64,000 nt of DNA, from assembly GCA_001179505.1 (NCBI GenBank), contig CDMY01000392.1, forward strand, positions 24,883-88,882. The letters run 5' to 3'. The DNA is from Vitrella brassicaformis CCMP3155. Lineage: Eukaryota > Protista > Chromerida. Below are positions 25,682 through 38,336 of the stretch, in pieces. Both the position numbers and the translations under genes were made by a program. Position 1 is the stretch's first letter, and each line of letters opens with the position of its first letter. Below the pieces are notes generated by a model. The model ran no database searches and was not told the origin of the DNA. It saw only the letters and a list, made by a program, of their open reading frames with translations.

Positions 25682-27111
25682 ATGCAGTCGCCCGAGCCCA
25701 ACATTCGGAGGGCCGAGCCGACCACGCCACCCACCAACCGGCGAGATCCCAATCGCATGTATGACCCGCCCCCCGCACCCAAGAAATCCAGGAACCGCAC
25801 GGCGCGTGCACTGCATCTGTCCGCCACCCCCCCTCCAGTGCGGTCCGATCCCTTCCGGCGGTTGAGCTTCTCCGGCGGCCCTGCAGCAGCGGCGGCAGGC
25901 CTTCATGTGCAGCGTGGTGGTGGAGAGGGTGGGATGGGTGGCGCCATGGCGGCCGCGGCTGCTGCGGCTGCTGCAGCGGCTGTGGCGCAGTCACCGCAGC
26001 GCGCGGTGCCCGCTAGGAACAAACGAACCCACGATGTAAGCCATGGTGTGTTAATTGTGTCACATGGGCTCTCTGTCGTGTCTGTCTGGACATGTGTGTC
26101 ATGCATTGCATTGCAGGAGTTGATGAGTCATCCCTACGAGCGGCAGGGGGAGGTGGAGTGCAGTCCCCCCCGCAGCTTCATGGCCCGCATAGCCCAGATG
26201 GCGCCGGAGGGACCCGCTGCCGCCGTGGGTGATGGTGTGGTTGATGTGACGGAGCGAGGCCACGACCCCGCGTTCCCCGCATACCAGCCCAAGAAGGCCA
26301 TCCGCCGCCGTGAGGTGGGTCAGGGAGGGAGGGCGGGAGAGAGGGAGAGAAGGATGGATATACGGTGGAGATATGGTGCAGGGTGGTGGTGCTGTAGAGC
26401 GTCGTGGTCCGTTTGCACCGGTAGCGCCCATGTTGCCTGGCAGCCCGCCCCCTGCCCGCCGGCTGTCCAAGTCGCCGCACAGCATGGAGATCGTCCGTGA
26501 CATGAAGCGCATGGTCATCCTCTCCAACAAGCGCGGCAAGCCGTCGGGCGCATCGCGCCTCCTGCAGCCTGGCAGCGGCAGCGGGAGCGGGATGGACGTG
26601 GGCAACGGGGCGTATGCCATGGACACGGACAATGGCGCCAGCCAGGGGGGGCAGGGGGGTATGGTGATGGATAACGTATCTGGCGTTGGTGCGGTGCCGT
26701 CCATCGGCAGCCTGGCGCAGCAGCCACCCGGCGGTGCTCCTGCCGGAGGGGGTGCTGTCGGCAGCGGTGATGCTGCTCCTGGCGCTGTGCTCGGCGTGCC
26801 TCGTGTGGCGGTTGGTGAGACGACGCCTCCCCGACAGCAGCAGGCGGCTGTGGGTGTGGGTGTGGGTGTCGGTGTGGGCCGTCGTCCCCCCCGCCCCCCC
26901 ACCAACCGGCGGGGTGTCAACCGGCCGCGGACGAGGGCGCAGCTCGCACTTGAGGCCGCGGCACAGAAGGCCAACGACCCATTCATACCACCAACGCCTT
27001 CACGACGGGTCAGTGCAGCAGGCTCTCACACCACACAGACAGGCGAACGGATACAAGTATGCAGCGGTGCATTGCTGCGTGTGTGTCCGTGTCTGGTGTG
27101 TGCAGCGTTGA
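25682..27111 (+). CDS. Low-complexity hypothetical protein (3 introns)
   Basis: MQSPEPNIRRAEP...NKRTHD|ELMSHPYERQGEVEC...AIRRRE|GGGAVERR...SRR|R*. All introns are GT-AG and in phase. Shares exon sequence with 60470-60830. Confidence 0.6.
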
Positions 27112-27615
27112 GAGGAGTTTTGGAGTATCTGAGGAGTGTAGAGTTGGTTGGAGAACCTGGAGGTCGGCGGCGGATGGAGGAGACATCGACAGTCATATGG
27201 ACGGATGGATGGGATGGCTGATATGCGTGTGTGTGTGTACACAATTTGTTTCGTTCGTTAGGAAGAACGGAAAGACCAGGTGGCGACCATGCATACCTGT
27301 CTGCGAAAGAGCCTGCTTGCCGACTCACTCAGAGAGGGCAGGCGTGGTTGTGGTGTGGGGGGTGGGTGGGTGGCTGGGTGGTCTGCGCCTACATGTGAAC
27401 AGCTGAAGGACGATAATGGGTGCCTGCGTGACGTGTCTGGGTGGATGGATGGATGGACGATCGGCGGAATGAACGATAACACATTGATCGATCCACTTCG
27501 GGTTCGTGAGTGCATCACCATGCATCAGAAATTCTCACACAAGCGCTATCTAGCACTTAACCAGGCCGTCCATGAGTGAAAAATGGTGCAACACACCCAC
27601 GCGCACACACCCACC

Positions 27616-27647
<32 letters not shown>

Positions 27648-28202
27648 AAGAAAAGGGTCGGGTTGGCCAGTCAGTGTCAGTGAGGCAAGGAACGCAACTT
27701 CATTTGCAAAACTCGGCACGGCTCATGCAGGGGGGTATGTTATGTACACGCAGATCAACTGCTGTCTGACTGTCTGTCTGTCTTGCTGTCGGTCTGTCTG
27801 TGTGCGGCTCGGGTGCGGTGCGAGTGAGGTTCATCGGCCCTCGCCCTCGCACTTCTGTCCTGCCAGTGTGAGATCACCAGCAGGAAATCAGTAACGAGAC
27901 CAAGGCCCATGACCCCCCCAGCCACCAGCCAGCAACACTTACACGCAAACACTCACAGGCGCCGCCAACAACCACAACGACACCTCACTTAGGCACACAT
28001 GTTTTCCCTCCACCATGTTCTCTCTGTCGAGTGGGCTGCGCCTTTCACCCATGACTCGCACCGGACCGCCAGAAGCCATATGTGTCAGCTTCGAGCAGTC
28101 CAGTATGAGGGCCAAGTGAAAAGCACGCAGCCCCCAACGACATTCGAACACACACCCGCACCAAGATAATGAAGGCCGATCGCGCCCCCTTGCTCATAAC
28201 GT

Positions 28203-29634
28203 CTATCTGAGGAAGAGGGGGGCGAAGAGAATGAGGCCAAGGATCAGAAAGAGGATGATCATGCACACGAAACGCTGATCACACACACACACACACAAAC
28301 ACACAAGAATGGATGAAGTGGGTGAGGTCACTCGTCGTGTGGATGGTTGGTTACCTTGGTGACGGCGTTCTGAAACTTCCTCGCTGTGATGAGCTCCTGC
28401 GTCGCATCATCTGAAACACATTCACCCACACACACGAGGGAGAGACTGACCGCCTGCCACACACCCCCATGCCGCCCTGGCTCTCACCAGTGTAGTCCTT
28501 AGCGCTGGACACGTTGTGCTCGATCTGGTCGATGAGGTCGCCCTGCGTCTCCACATACGCCGCCAGGTCGGTGTACAGGCGCTGGATGTCACCCACACCT
28601 GACAGACAGACGGACACACACGGACACATGGGGGTGGTAAGCTCTGTTTGTATGTGTGTGTGTGTGGGTGGCCCTACTTCTTTGCAGCTTCTGTAGGTCG
28701 TTGTAGGTGTCCTGCAGGTCCTGCAGCTCGTCTATCGCCGCCTGGGCAGTCTCATGACCCTGTCAGTCAAACACACCCACCATGAGCCACACATGCGACG
28801 TTAGCTCATGTGTGGTCGGCCGGTGTCATTGCTCACCCCCGATATCCTCCCCCTGATGGCCGCCGATGCGCTCTGCACGCCGCCGTCCGCCTCCATCAGG
28901 GCCTCTATCTCGCGATCTGTCGCCTCAGGATACGCTGAACCACCACACACACACACACGGACACCCATGGCCCCCATTCCACCGAGTCAGTCGCTGTCTG
29001 TCTTTATCACTTACCGAGCCTGACTTGGCGTATGACCTTGGCGCGCACGTCGCGTTGGTACTCGGACTGCGCCTGCTGGTGGTCTGCCAGGTGTGACCTG
29101 AACTTGCGAGTGAGGTTCTGGTAGAGGTTGATGCGGATCCGTGTCTCCGACGAGTGCGGCTGCGCCTCGCGCACCGCCTCGTTCTCCAGCCGCATGGCCT
29201 CCAGCAGCCGGCGGATAGACACAGACTGCTGACTCGCCTCGCTCAACAGACTGTTCAGCTGCTGGCTCACCGCTGCGACACAAACCACCACCACCAAGAC
29301 AAGACACACATGAGCTGTCTCGCTTGCCCATCCTGCCTGTGATCTCACCCCTCTCCTTGGCAGAGCTGTTGGCGGCCAGTGCGTGCCCCTTGAGCGCCCT
29401 GACCCTGTCGCTGATGCTGTGGAACTGCCCCAGCTCGCTCTTGATGGTGGTCACCTGCTTGAAGAAGTCGTCCGTCGACCCCACAGCGCCACCCGCCAGG
29501 CCGTCAGACGTCGGCGAGGTGAAGAGGTCCCGCATGCTCGATGACGCGCTGGACGGGAGAGATGCGCTTGAGGAGGTGGTCTGCTGCTGCTGCCGTTTCG
29601 CCATCTGGCGAAGATCATTGAGGCGGTCGTTCAT
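28203..29634 (-). CDS. Syntaxin (Qa-SNARE, syntaxin-1/SYP1-like)
   Basis: MNDRLNDL start. Habc domain: DDFFKQVTTIK, SETRIRINLYQNLTRKF. SNARE motif: DIQRLYTDLAAYVETQGDLIDQIEHNVSSAKDYT. C-terminal TM: RFVCMIILFLILGLILFAPLFLR*. Confidence 0.93.
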
Positions 29635-29908
29635 CTTGGGAATCAGATCTGCGCAAGGCGAGCTACACTTACAAGCTCGCGCCGTTCGAGATGGTTGGGA
29701 TGGTTCCGGAGATGCCTTAAGGATCACCCTGACCGCTCTGGATGGTTCGGAGATCGCATGTTTGTTGCTTGATCTTCGTCGCCTCCGGCTCATCGTGAGG
29801 GCGTGGTTCGCGGCAGCAGATATGGATGGATAGCCCGACGCTGCATCACAGCAGCAGCTACACCGCTTCATCGGTGTCAGCGCATCTGTAGCTCTTGGCG
29901 ACGAGTCC

Positions 29909-30705
29909 ATGGACGGAAGCAACTCATCGGCGGCTGCCGCAGGTGAACGAGTGAATAAATGAATGAATGTGCTGGAGAGAATGAAATGCCTCTCTGCATC
30001 TCTGTGTTACGTGCAGGCGGTGGCGGCGGCGGCGGCGGCATGTCTTCAGCGAACCGTTTGAGCGAGGGACTGAACACGACGGTGAGATGAGAGTGAGAGG
30101 GAGGCTCAGTAAGAAGCTTTCCTGTCTGCCGTTGCTTTGTGTTCAGGTGTCGACTGGTGATGGGAAGCGGTCACGTGTAGCTATCGACCCGGCTGCTACC
30201 GCTGCTAGTGCCGGTACGTGCGCACACAAAACATCACCAACACAATGACGAATAGATGTATGTGATGCTGTGTTGTGTGTGCCTTCAGGTGGTGTGTCGA
30301 GTGGTGCATTCGGTGCTGGAGCAGCGGCACAGGAGCACACTACTAAGCAAAAGGTGACACAAGAACCGACCACCACCTCTATCGCGCATCTTTCCCTCGT
30401 GTGTCTGTGCGTGTGTTAGAAGTACGGCCGACCGTGTCTGTCCGGTCTGCCTGAGGGCGTCATCGGGCATGTGGGCACCTTCCTTACCACTTTGACGGCC
30501 GTCCGGCTGTCGAAGGTCAGCAAGGAGACCCGCGAGAAGGCCATCGACGACACTTTCGGCGTCTTCCGCCACTTCGCCATGACGAAAAAAGAGGAGGACA
30601 TCTACGGCAAGATCAAGAAAGTGGAGGAGATGAAGCACATGGTGAGTGAGAGAGCTAAGGTGAGTTCTGCCACATGGATGGCATGCTCTATCGGTGTGTG
30701 TGTAT

Positions 30706-30745
<40 letters not shown>

Positions 30746-32300
30746 GGCAAAATCCGTACGGCGTTTGTGGGCACAGATGACAGCTCCTGTCTGGTGGAGC
30801 TCCTCGAGGCGTCAAGAGCGACACTCGAGGAGCTGACCGTCTGTGGCGGCGAGTACGATATGCTGCTCCTCAGTCAGGGCCATATCGAGGCCTCCAACTC
30901 TCAGGTCGAGTTCCCCAAGCTGACCCGCATGGACGTCCAGTCCACCGAGTGGCTCGAATACATAGGGTATGTGCATGCAACACAAGATGCATGTAGTGTC
31001 TGTCTGTCTGGCGCTCACACGTTTGTCTGTCTGCAGTGTCCGTCGGTGGGCCCTTCCGGCCCTCACGAGTCTCCAGATCCATGGTTGCAGTGCGAGCACG
31101 CTTGTGCCCCTCCTCAACGCATCCCCCAAGATCGAGCAGCTGGAGACCAAGGCCAGGCATCCCAGCAAGGGCGGCTGCATCAGCTTGTCCAAGGACACCG
31201 GCGAGCTTGTCCCGGCCCACGACGACACGGAGTCCGAGTGGCCGGGGTTCCTCAGTGCCCTCCAGAGCTGCCCCTACCTCACCACCATCACCGGCATGTG
31301 GCTATGGAGTGGGGAGAGTGACCGCCTCAAGAGCTCAGAAATGTACTCGACGCACACTGGACCAACACGCAAAACAATGGTGAGGCACCGAAGACATGCG
31401 TGTGGTTTGCGTCGATCAATTGGTTTGTACCTATCGGCGACTCATGCGTGCGCAAGAGGCTGGAGTTTGTGGTGAGTCCTTCGACGGCCGGCGACAACTT
31501 GGGGCAGGGGGCTGCGGCCAACGTGCAGGCCTTCCGTAGCTGGGCGGCGGGAGTCAACTGCGAGCTCAAGTGGCGGCCCGTGGGCGACTTCTACGTCGAC
31601 TGCAGCAGCGACGCCGCAGAAGCCCCTCGTGCGCCCGGCGGCGTCATGGGAGATGTCGCATCAGAGCTGGCGCCCAAGGCCACTGGGGTAAGGCAAGAAA
31701 GGACAGATAAATGCGGGGATCCATGTGTGTGCTCGGCACGGTGTGTGCTCAGGTCGACTTGCGGCTCGGTGGGACGCCTTTGCACTCATCGTGGAGTGGC
31801 GTGCTCAGCTTCCCCAACGCCAAGTGGCTCCGTATCTCTGTCGAGGAGGGCGCGAGTGTCTCGGCAGCTGTGGGCAGCATCCCCACGTGCCTCATCGACG
31901 AAACGAGCCGACGGTTGCCGGCTGTGCAGCACCTGCGGATCCCTCGTGGCCACTGTGAGTGGTCGTCGCTCGCTGACCTGCCGGTGTCCTGTAGCAAGAT
32001 GCGCTCGTTTTTGGGCGGGCTGAAGACACTGCAGAGTACGTGTGTTCCCTGCGGGCTGATGTCGCTTCTGCCTGTAGAGCACCGGTAGCGGGTTAGCGTG
32101 GGCATGGTGTTGTGTGTGAGTGGACGGTGGACGCTCCTGACATATGGGATGACCACTGCCCACACATACGCCACCTCAAGGGTTTTGACCAGGGGAGCAA
32201 GGCACAGCCGGGTCATTTGACCAGGGGAGCAAGGCACAGCCGGGTCATTTTGCCAAAGTAGCGATGGCATCCCAGCCAGCCAGTATCAACATGTTTGCAA
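29909..32300 (+). pseudogene. F-box-like/LRR-like family gene with an apparent 1-nt frameshift at ~31332 (3' end approximate)
   Basis: F-box-like CLSGLPEGVIGHVGTFL and LRR-like FPKLTRMDV, LPALTSLQI, LPAVQHLRI. The frame ending ...GESDRLK is out of phase with the downstream LRNVLDAHWTNTQNNG...KRLEFVV, with no room for an intron. Confidence 0.55.
32184..32249. repeat. Perfect 32-nt tandem duplication
   Basis: tttgaccaggggagcaaggcacagccgggtca x2. Confidence 0.9.
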
Positions 32301-33002
32301 AGATACCTGCGGATGAGTTGGATCCGGATGACGTGCTGACTCACGAATGAGCTGTCGGCACGTAGAACCCTTGAAGGCACATTACACAGTCAGGCAATTT
32401 CGGAGCTCTTCGTGGTTTTCGGTAGCAGCCAGACTGGGTGGGCGAGCGGGGCAGGGATATGTCGTCTCTATGTGACGCAGTGTGTGTACAGTGTGTGTGT
32501 GTGTGTGTGTGTGTAATTGGGAGAAGGGGGGCGGTGCTCTTCTGGGTGGTCTCGATTAGTACTTGTTGATTGCCACGTGTTGTTCTGTCCGTCGGTCTGT
32601 CTCTTTCGATGGCTCCCCTGCCGTCGTATCTCCCTTTCCCCAATGCCTCGGACCCTTACGTCGACCAGAGACAGAGACAGAGACAAAGACAGAGAGGTCG
32701 AATGAGTAGAGGGCGAGGCAAGACAAGAGGTGGATCTTGGCTGACTCGCACTGGGTGACAGAATGAATGCCAGCTGCTTCGCTCATGTATGCGTCTTGGT
32801 CACAGTGAAATTTTTAGTCCATCTCGACCTGAATGAAGTGTGTCTGCTCCTTCTGCGCTCAGCGTCGACCCGTGCATGCGATGAGTTGAAGGGAGACAGC
32901 AAGGCTCGCCTTCCTCATCCTTACACACCACATCATGCACACTTGATTGGATTGTATGCACAGCACATTCTAGCCCTGCACCTGCCCACCAGCCAGCTAG
33001 TT

Positions 33003-33195
33003 AGGAAACGGAAAGAAACACAATCTCCTGGCTGTACTGAAGCAACATCCTCTCTGTCGCGTGCCGATCCCTTCTGCCGGCCCGCCCGCACGGCGAACAC
33101 CAAGCACTCATTTCTGCCCGACACTCGCCATACGCGCCTACAGAGAAAAGGGAGCAGTACGACACGGCAGCGAAGAGAGAGGTGAGGAACAAAGG
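33003..33195. repeat. Dispersed non-coding repeat, copy 2
   Basis: Aligns with 255-463 and includes the identical 30-mer. Confidence 0.75.
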
Positions 33196-33260
33196 TAGGA
33201 TCACGCTTCACGCAGACACGGTGGGTCCCCACTACAAAAAGGCGACACCTCCCAGACACG

Positions 33261-33594
33261 TCACGAGCCCCTGGCCTTGTCTGTCAGCAGCAGCGGCTCA
33301 ATGAACTCCCACAGCAGCCGATTCACCTCTGCGGGCCTCTCCAACATGCAGTTGTGGCTCGTGCCCTCAACAACCTGCACACACACAGACAGACATGTCC
33401 ATGTCCATGCGCTTCTGTCTGTCTGTCTGTCTGTCTGGTCACCGACCTTGTGTGTGGCTGAGCCGCCCAGGTCTTTATTGAGCTGCTCTGCCCCACTGAC
33501 GGGCGTGATGGGGTCTGTTTCGCCGGTCAGCAGCAACACTGACGGCTGCACTTCCAACCCACGATACGACTCGATGCCTGCACACGCCCACACG

Positions 33595-33627
<33 letters not shown>

Positions 33628-34410
33628 CCATCCAGATCCACGGGGGCATTCACAGAAACGTTGCACACGGGTCTGTATGGTTGCTTCCTGACCTTGATCG
33701 ATTCCCTGCTGCATCGACGGCCCCACCCAGCCCTTGACCATCCCCTTGATCACAAACATGGGGTTCAGCGACGTCACCTCGTTCTCAGACGCTATAACCA
33801 CCCTCTCCGTGTCAGGATGGAACAGACTCCTGTTGCTCGCGTCGCGAAACATCGGCCGGACCAGCTCCAGCACCGCCACCGGCAGATTCAGCATGATGGC
33901 CGGCGGCTGAGAAGCGTGACGCGACGCGCCGATCAACACAAGCCCGTTGACGGCCATACGGCTGCCCTTGCCCTTCCCCTCTTGGTGGAGCGTTTGCATC
34001 ACCCTGAGAGCGTGCTGGCAGCCGTACGAGTGGCCAACGATGACCGTCGCGCCCTTGCAGAACAGCTGGTAGACAGCCAGGCAGACACCCGCCAGCCTCT
34101 CGGCGGAGTAGTGGTCGAAAGAATCGGTCGGTTTGTCGCTCTCCCCAGCGCCCGGGAGGTCTGGCGCCACTACTCGCAGGCCCCTCTCAGCCAGGAAGTC
34201 TACCTGGTGCTTGAACTGGGCTGCCCGGCCGCCCATGCCGTGCAGGAAAAGGACAGTCATCTTGGCCTCTTCAGGCCCTTCCAGGATGACTCGAAGGCCG
34301 TAGTTGAGAATGGTGAAGCGTTTGTTGCCGTAGCGGGCACGCTCTGCGGCGAGGGTGGGCGGGAGAGATCCAGCAGCATCGGCAGCAGGCGATGATGAAG
34401 TGCCGCCCAT
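33261..34410 (-). CDS. Alpha/beta hydrolase (ABHD-like) with predicted N-myristoylation
   Basis: MGGTSS start. Oxyanion motif LFLHGMGG, VVAPDLPGAGESDKP, nucleophile VGHSYG, acid GETDPITP, catalytic His in GTSHNCMLERP. Confidence 0.92.
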
Positions 34411-34540
34411 GATAGGTGCGAGCAGGAGGAAACAGCTCAATAACGGTCCCTTTTCGAAAAAAGCGTGGCAGATCTGCCTCTCCGCCTCAAGCTCGCCTTT
34501 TGAGCCGAGGGTCTCTCCCGTGTTGCATTTTCATCGCACC

Positions 34541-36420
34541 ATGGGGTGCATAGCGTCGGTGCCTCAGGACCAAGCGGCCATCACCGAACGGTTCGGCAAG
34601 TTCGACAAAGTGGCCGAGCCGGGGTGCCTCTGCCTCCCTGTCCCCTGCATATGGTGGGCCACCAGCAGCAGCAATGATGTACCACTCATCGTCATTGTGG
34701 TTGTTGCGGTTTGTGTGTCGTGTTTGCATCTCGGTGACGTCAGTCGCGTGGCAGGTATGGTGTCGCTGCGAGTGCAGGAGGTGCCGGTGGTGGTGACGAC
34801 CTACACCAAGGACAAGGTGTCGGTGCGCATCACCGTCAACGTCCAGTACATGGCCATTCAGGACCCCAAATACCTCTATGAAGGTCAGTAAGGCAGGCAC
34901 CATCAGCGGCGTGGCGTGATGGGGGGTATGGTAGATCTATCCCCTAGCTGACTGTCCTGTCTGTGCTGCTGCAGCGTATTACAAGCTGACGAGTCCCAGC
35001 GGACAGTGAGCATCTGCCAACAAAGGCAAACATGCACACACCCGTCGCATGAGTGTGTGTGTTGTGTGTTTAGGATCATGTCTTATGTGGACGATGCAGT
35101 TCGTTCGATGGTGCCCCACTCGCTGGAGCTGGACGAGCTCTTCGAGGCCAAGGGGCAGGTGGCACAGCACGTCGAAAAGTCACTCGCATCGGTCAGACAG
35201 ACAGACAGGGGAAAGAGGCCAAGGAGGGAGGGAGGGAGGGAGGGAGAAAAGAGGGCACTCTCTCCCATGCCGGACGGGTGTGTGTGTTTAGGAGATGGAG
35301 ACGTACGGTTACAAGATCGTGGCTGCGTTGGTCACCAATGTCGAGCCCGACGAAACCGTCAGGCAGTCCATGAACGAGGTCGGTACACGACACAGGCACC
35401 CATTCATCCGCTGTCATGAATTCATACCCCCGTCCGTCGTGTGTGTGTCTGTCGTGTGTGTGTCAGATCAACGCCAACAAGCGTCTGCGTCAGGCGGCCC
35501 AGGAGCGGGCAGAGGCGCAGAAGTACATGACGGTCAAACACGCTGAGGCCAACGCTGAGAGCACCTACCTGCAGGTAACTAGGACGCACAACACGCGACA
35601 AATGACGCATGGCTGTCTGCCTACGTGTGTGTGTGTGTGTGTGTGTAGGGTGAGGGCATCGCTCGTCAGCGCAAGGCGATAGTTGACGGCCTCAAGAGCT
35701 CGGTGGAGGACTTCAAAGACTCCATCCAAGATATGAGCGCAAAGGTCAGTCAGTCGGCTGGCCAATCCAATGCGCACACACGGCCGGCACGCGCACAAGC
35801 ACAGAGATCCATATGTCGTCTCGACGTGTGCCTCACGTGTGTGTGCGTGCAGGAGGTGTTGGATCTGATGCTCGTGACGCAGTACTTCGACACCATCAAA
35901 GACCTCGGACACGGCGGCGTAAGCCAAGTCACCACAGAACAGAACAGACACACCGACACACGCAAATCGATCCATCCCATCTGTGTGTCCCCCCTTGTGT
36001 GCCAACACCCCCCACCCCACCCAGGGGACGAGTTTGGTGTTGACCAACAAGCGTGGGAAAGCGTTCGACGCGGAGGGCATGAAGGGCATCATGAACAAGG
36101 CTGCTGCGGCCGCCAACGCCTCCTCGGCCGCACCGAGGTAGCCAGCCAGCCCACTCATACCTTACCACCATCAGATAGACAGGTGATCTGATCTTTCTCG
36201 CCAGCCACAATATATTCAATGCATCGACAGACACGTATTTCTGTGTGCTGTGCTTGGTGTGTGTGTGTGGTGTGTGGTGTGCAGAGTGCCCCGTGCTGCT
36301 GGCGATCGTAGTGAAGAGGCTGTTGCTGTGGATGTAGCCGAGGAGCAGACGCAGGCTCCCAGGGCCGGCTTCATGGGCTCCCTCATGTTCGGTGGCGGGG
36401 GAGCGGGGCGTGGCAAGTGA
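34541..36420 (+). CDS. SPFH/band-7 protein, hypersensitive-induced-response (HIR)-like
   Basis: MGCIASVPQDQAAITERFGKFDKVAEPG, TKDKVSV, YGYKIVAALVTNVEPD, INANKRLRQAAQERAEAQK, YLQGEGIARQRKAIVDGL, VLDLMLVTQYFDTIKD. All are typical HIR/band-7 blocks. Last exon ends ...GAGRGK* at 36420. Confidence 0.92.
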
Positions 36421-36681
36421 GTGTGTGGGTCACCGGTGGCTGTCTTGTGTACAGTCGTTTGTGGGGTGGTTGTGTATTATCAGTAGTGGTTAGTATCCAG
36501 CATACCGATTGATATGTTCCTGTCTGTCTGTCTGTTTGTTTGGTTGTCTGTGTTTTTCAATGTGGGCGGCCTCAGCGCGCTGCGGTGCGATTCACACGAG
36601 TGATTCACACGTTCCCTCCTTGGTGCAGTGCATTCCATGCATGGATCCGATCCGTTTGTGGGACTCCATGGTCGGTCGGTT

Positions 36682-38142
36682 TCACTTCTTTGTTTTCTCG
36701 AGTTCCTGCACCGCAGCCACAGAGAGACAGTCACACACACACACACACAGGCACCCGATGTGTTGGCACTATGACCGACTGACCGCAATTCTGGCGTCCA
36801 TTTGCTGCTGCCTCGTCTGCAGCTTCTCCTCTAGCTGAGCCGACATCTCTGCCACCTGCATGGAACCAACCCACACACACACGGCCCCTCTCCATGCATC
36901 ATGAACACACGCACGGACGCCCATCTCTCCCACTTTTCTCCTGACGATCTCGGCCAACATGGGGTCGCTCGGCAGCTCGGGCTCTGCAGCAGACACAGAC
37001 ATACACACGAGACACCTGCAAACACTTCGCTCACCAGGGATGGTCTCGTCTTTGTGCTGTGTCTCTTCAGATGGCTCCTCAGGGGCACCCTCGGCAGCAG
37101 CGGCAGCAGATGGCTGCTCCTGGGACACAAGACAATGAGACACTCGGCACGTCGCAAAGATGATTTGTCGATTTTCTTGTAGTTCACCTCCTGAGTGGCG
37201 GCTTGTGTGGTCGGCTGCTGTGGGGGTGTCACCTCGACCGCATCAGCCAGAGGGGGTGGGGGGAACGGCTGACAACACACATGAGGACTCACGCAACGGA
37301 AGCATGTGTGTGTGTGTGTGTCTCTGACGCTGTCTACTGTGTGTCAGGTTAGGTCAGTCACCTTTTCCACTTCGAGTTCCATCTCGACCACCTCCAGCTC
37401 TCGAGGATACACAAGGCAGTACTGATACAACTTGTAATGCTTGAAATACCTGCACACAGCAGACAGACACCTGCACCTGTCTGTCTGTCGGTCTGTCTGT
37501 CGGTCGGTCTGTCTGTCTGTGTCTCCTTCATCCTTTCCTGACGTACGTGTCGGTGGCGAATTTGGTCAGCAGCTTCGCCTCAGGGACAGAAAAGACGCCG
37601 AGAGAGTTGGGCGGGGCCTCGAGTGAGTGATGCAGCATGCTCTCCTGGAAGACCTTGAAGGCCTCATCCACCGTGAGCCGCCCCCCACGGTACTCACTCG
37701 TCTGCGCGACGAGAGGGCGTTCATGCCATCCAGGCTGCGTGTGGTCTCTCTGGTAACGCGCCTGCGATGGGTTCTGCATGGCATCGAGGACCTTCTTCAT
37801 GACAGCGACAAAGACAGCAGCCTTCTCGGCGCTTAGACACAGCTCCTCGCAATACCTACACACACAAGAGCATTGTCAGGCAGAGAAAGATCTCACTGCA
37901 GTGCAAGCATGGACATACCCAATGTGGAAGTGATGAAAGTCCACCATCACAGGGGCCCTCGAGTCCTTGGCCACGTCTGCCGCCGTCAGCCCCAGCATCT
38001 CCGTCAGCTGCTCCTTCTGCTCGTACACGTCTTTGCATGACCAAAGGGCGGAGATGTCCTCCTTCGTGAGCAACAGCTGTAGCCCTGTTGAGAGGGTGGT
38101 GGGCTCTTCTTGCTCGGCATCGGCGACGCCTTCCTCTGCCAT
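36682..38142 (-). CDS. CFAP119: Flagellar central-pair C1a-32/CLAMP-domain protein (CFAP119-like)
   Basis: VDFHHFHIGYCEELCLSAEKAAVFVAVMKKV, FKVFQESMLHHSLEAPPNSLGVFSVPEAKLLTKFATDTY, FKHYKLYQYCL. This resembles the C1a-32 family signature (S...P..S..iFs..e.k....y...ty..HykLY.y). Confidence 0.7.
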
Positions 38143-38336
38143 TTCTTTTTTTCGCGCAAAGACTGGGGGCCAGGAGAAGCGTCTCGGCCGCCCCTGCCGT
38201 TGCAATCTCTGTAGCCTTTTCTCTCTTTCCGCAGCCCCCGTAGCTTTTTCTCTCCTTACCACCTGCTGTAGCGCAGCACCCAGCCCTTTGGTCCGGTGTG
38301 GAGTTTTTAGTCATTTCTACTGTAGGCAAGAAGAGG

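Noticed and set aside
37876-38262. ORF-track entry labelled + strand (MVRREKATG...)
   Set aside because: By direct reading this peptide is encoded on the minus strand (TGA at 37876-37878 reverse). It is exon 1 of the CFAP119-like gene, not a plus-strand gene.
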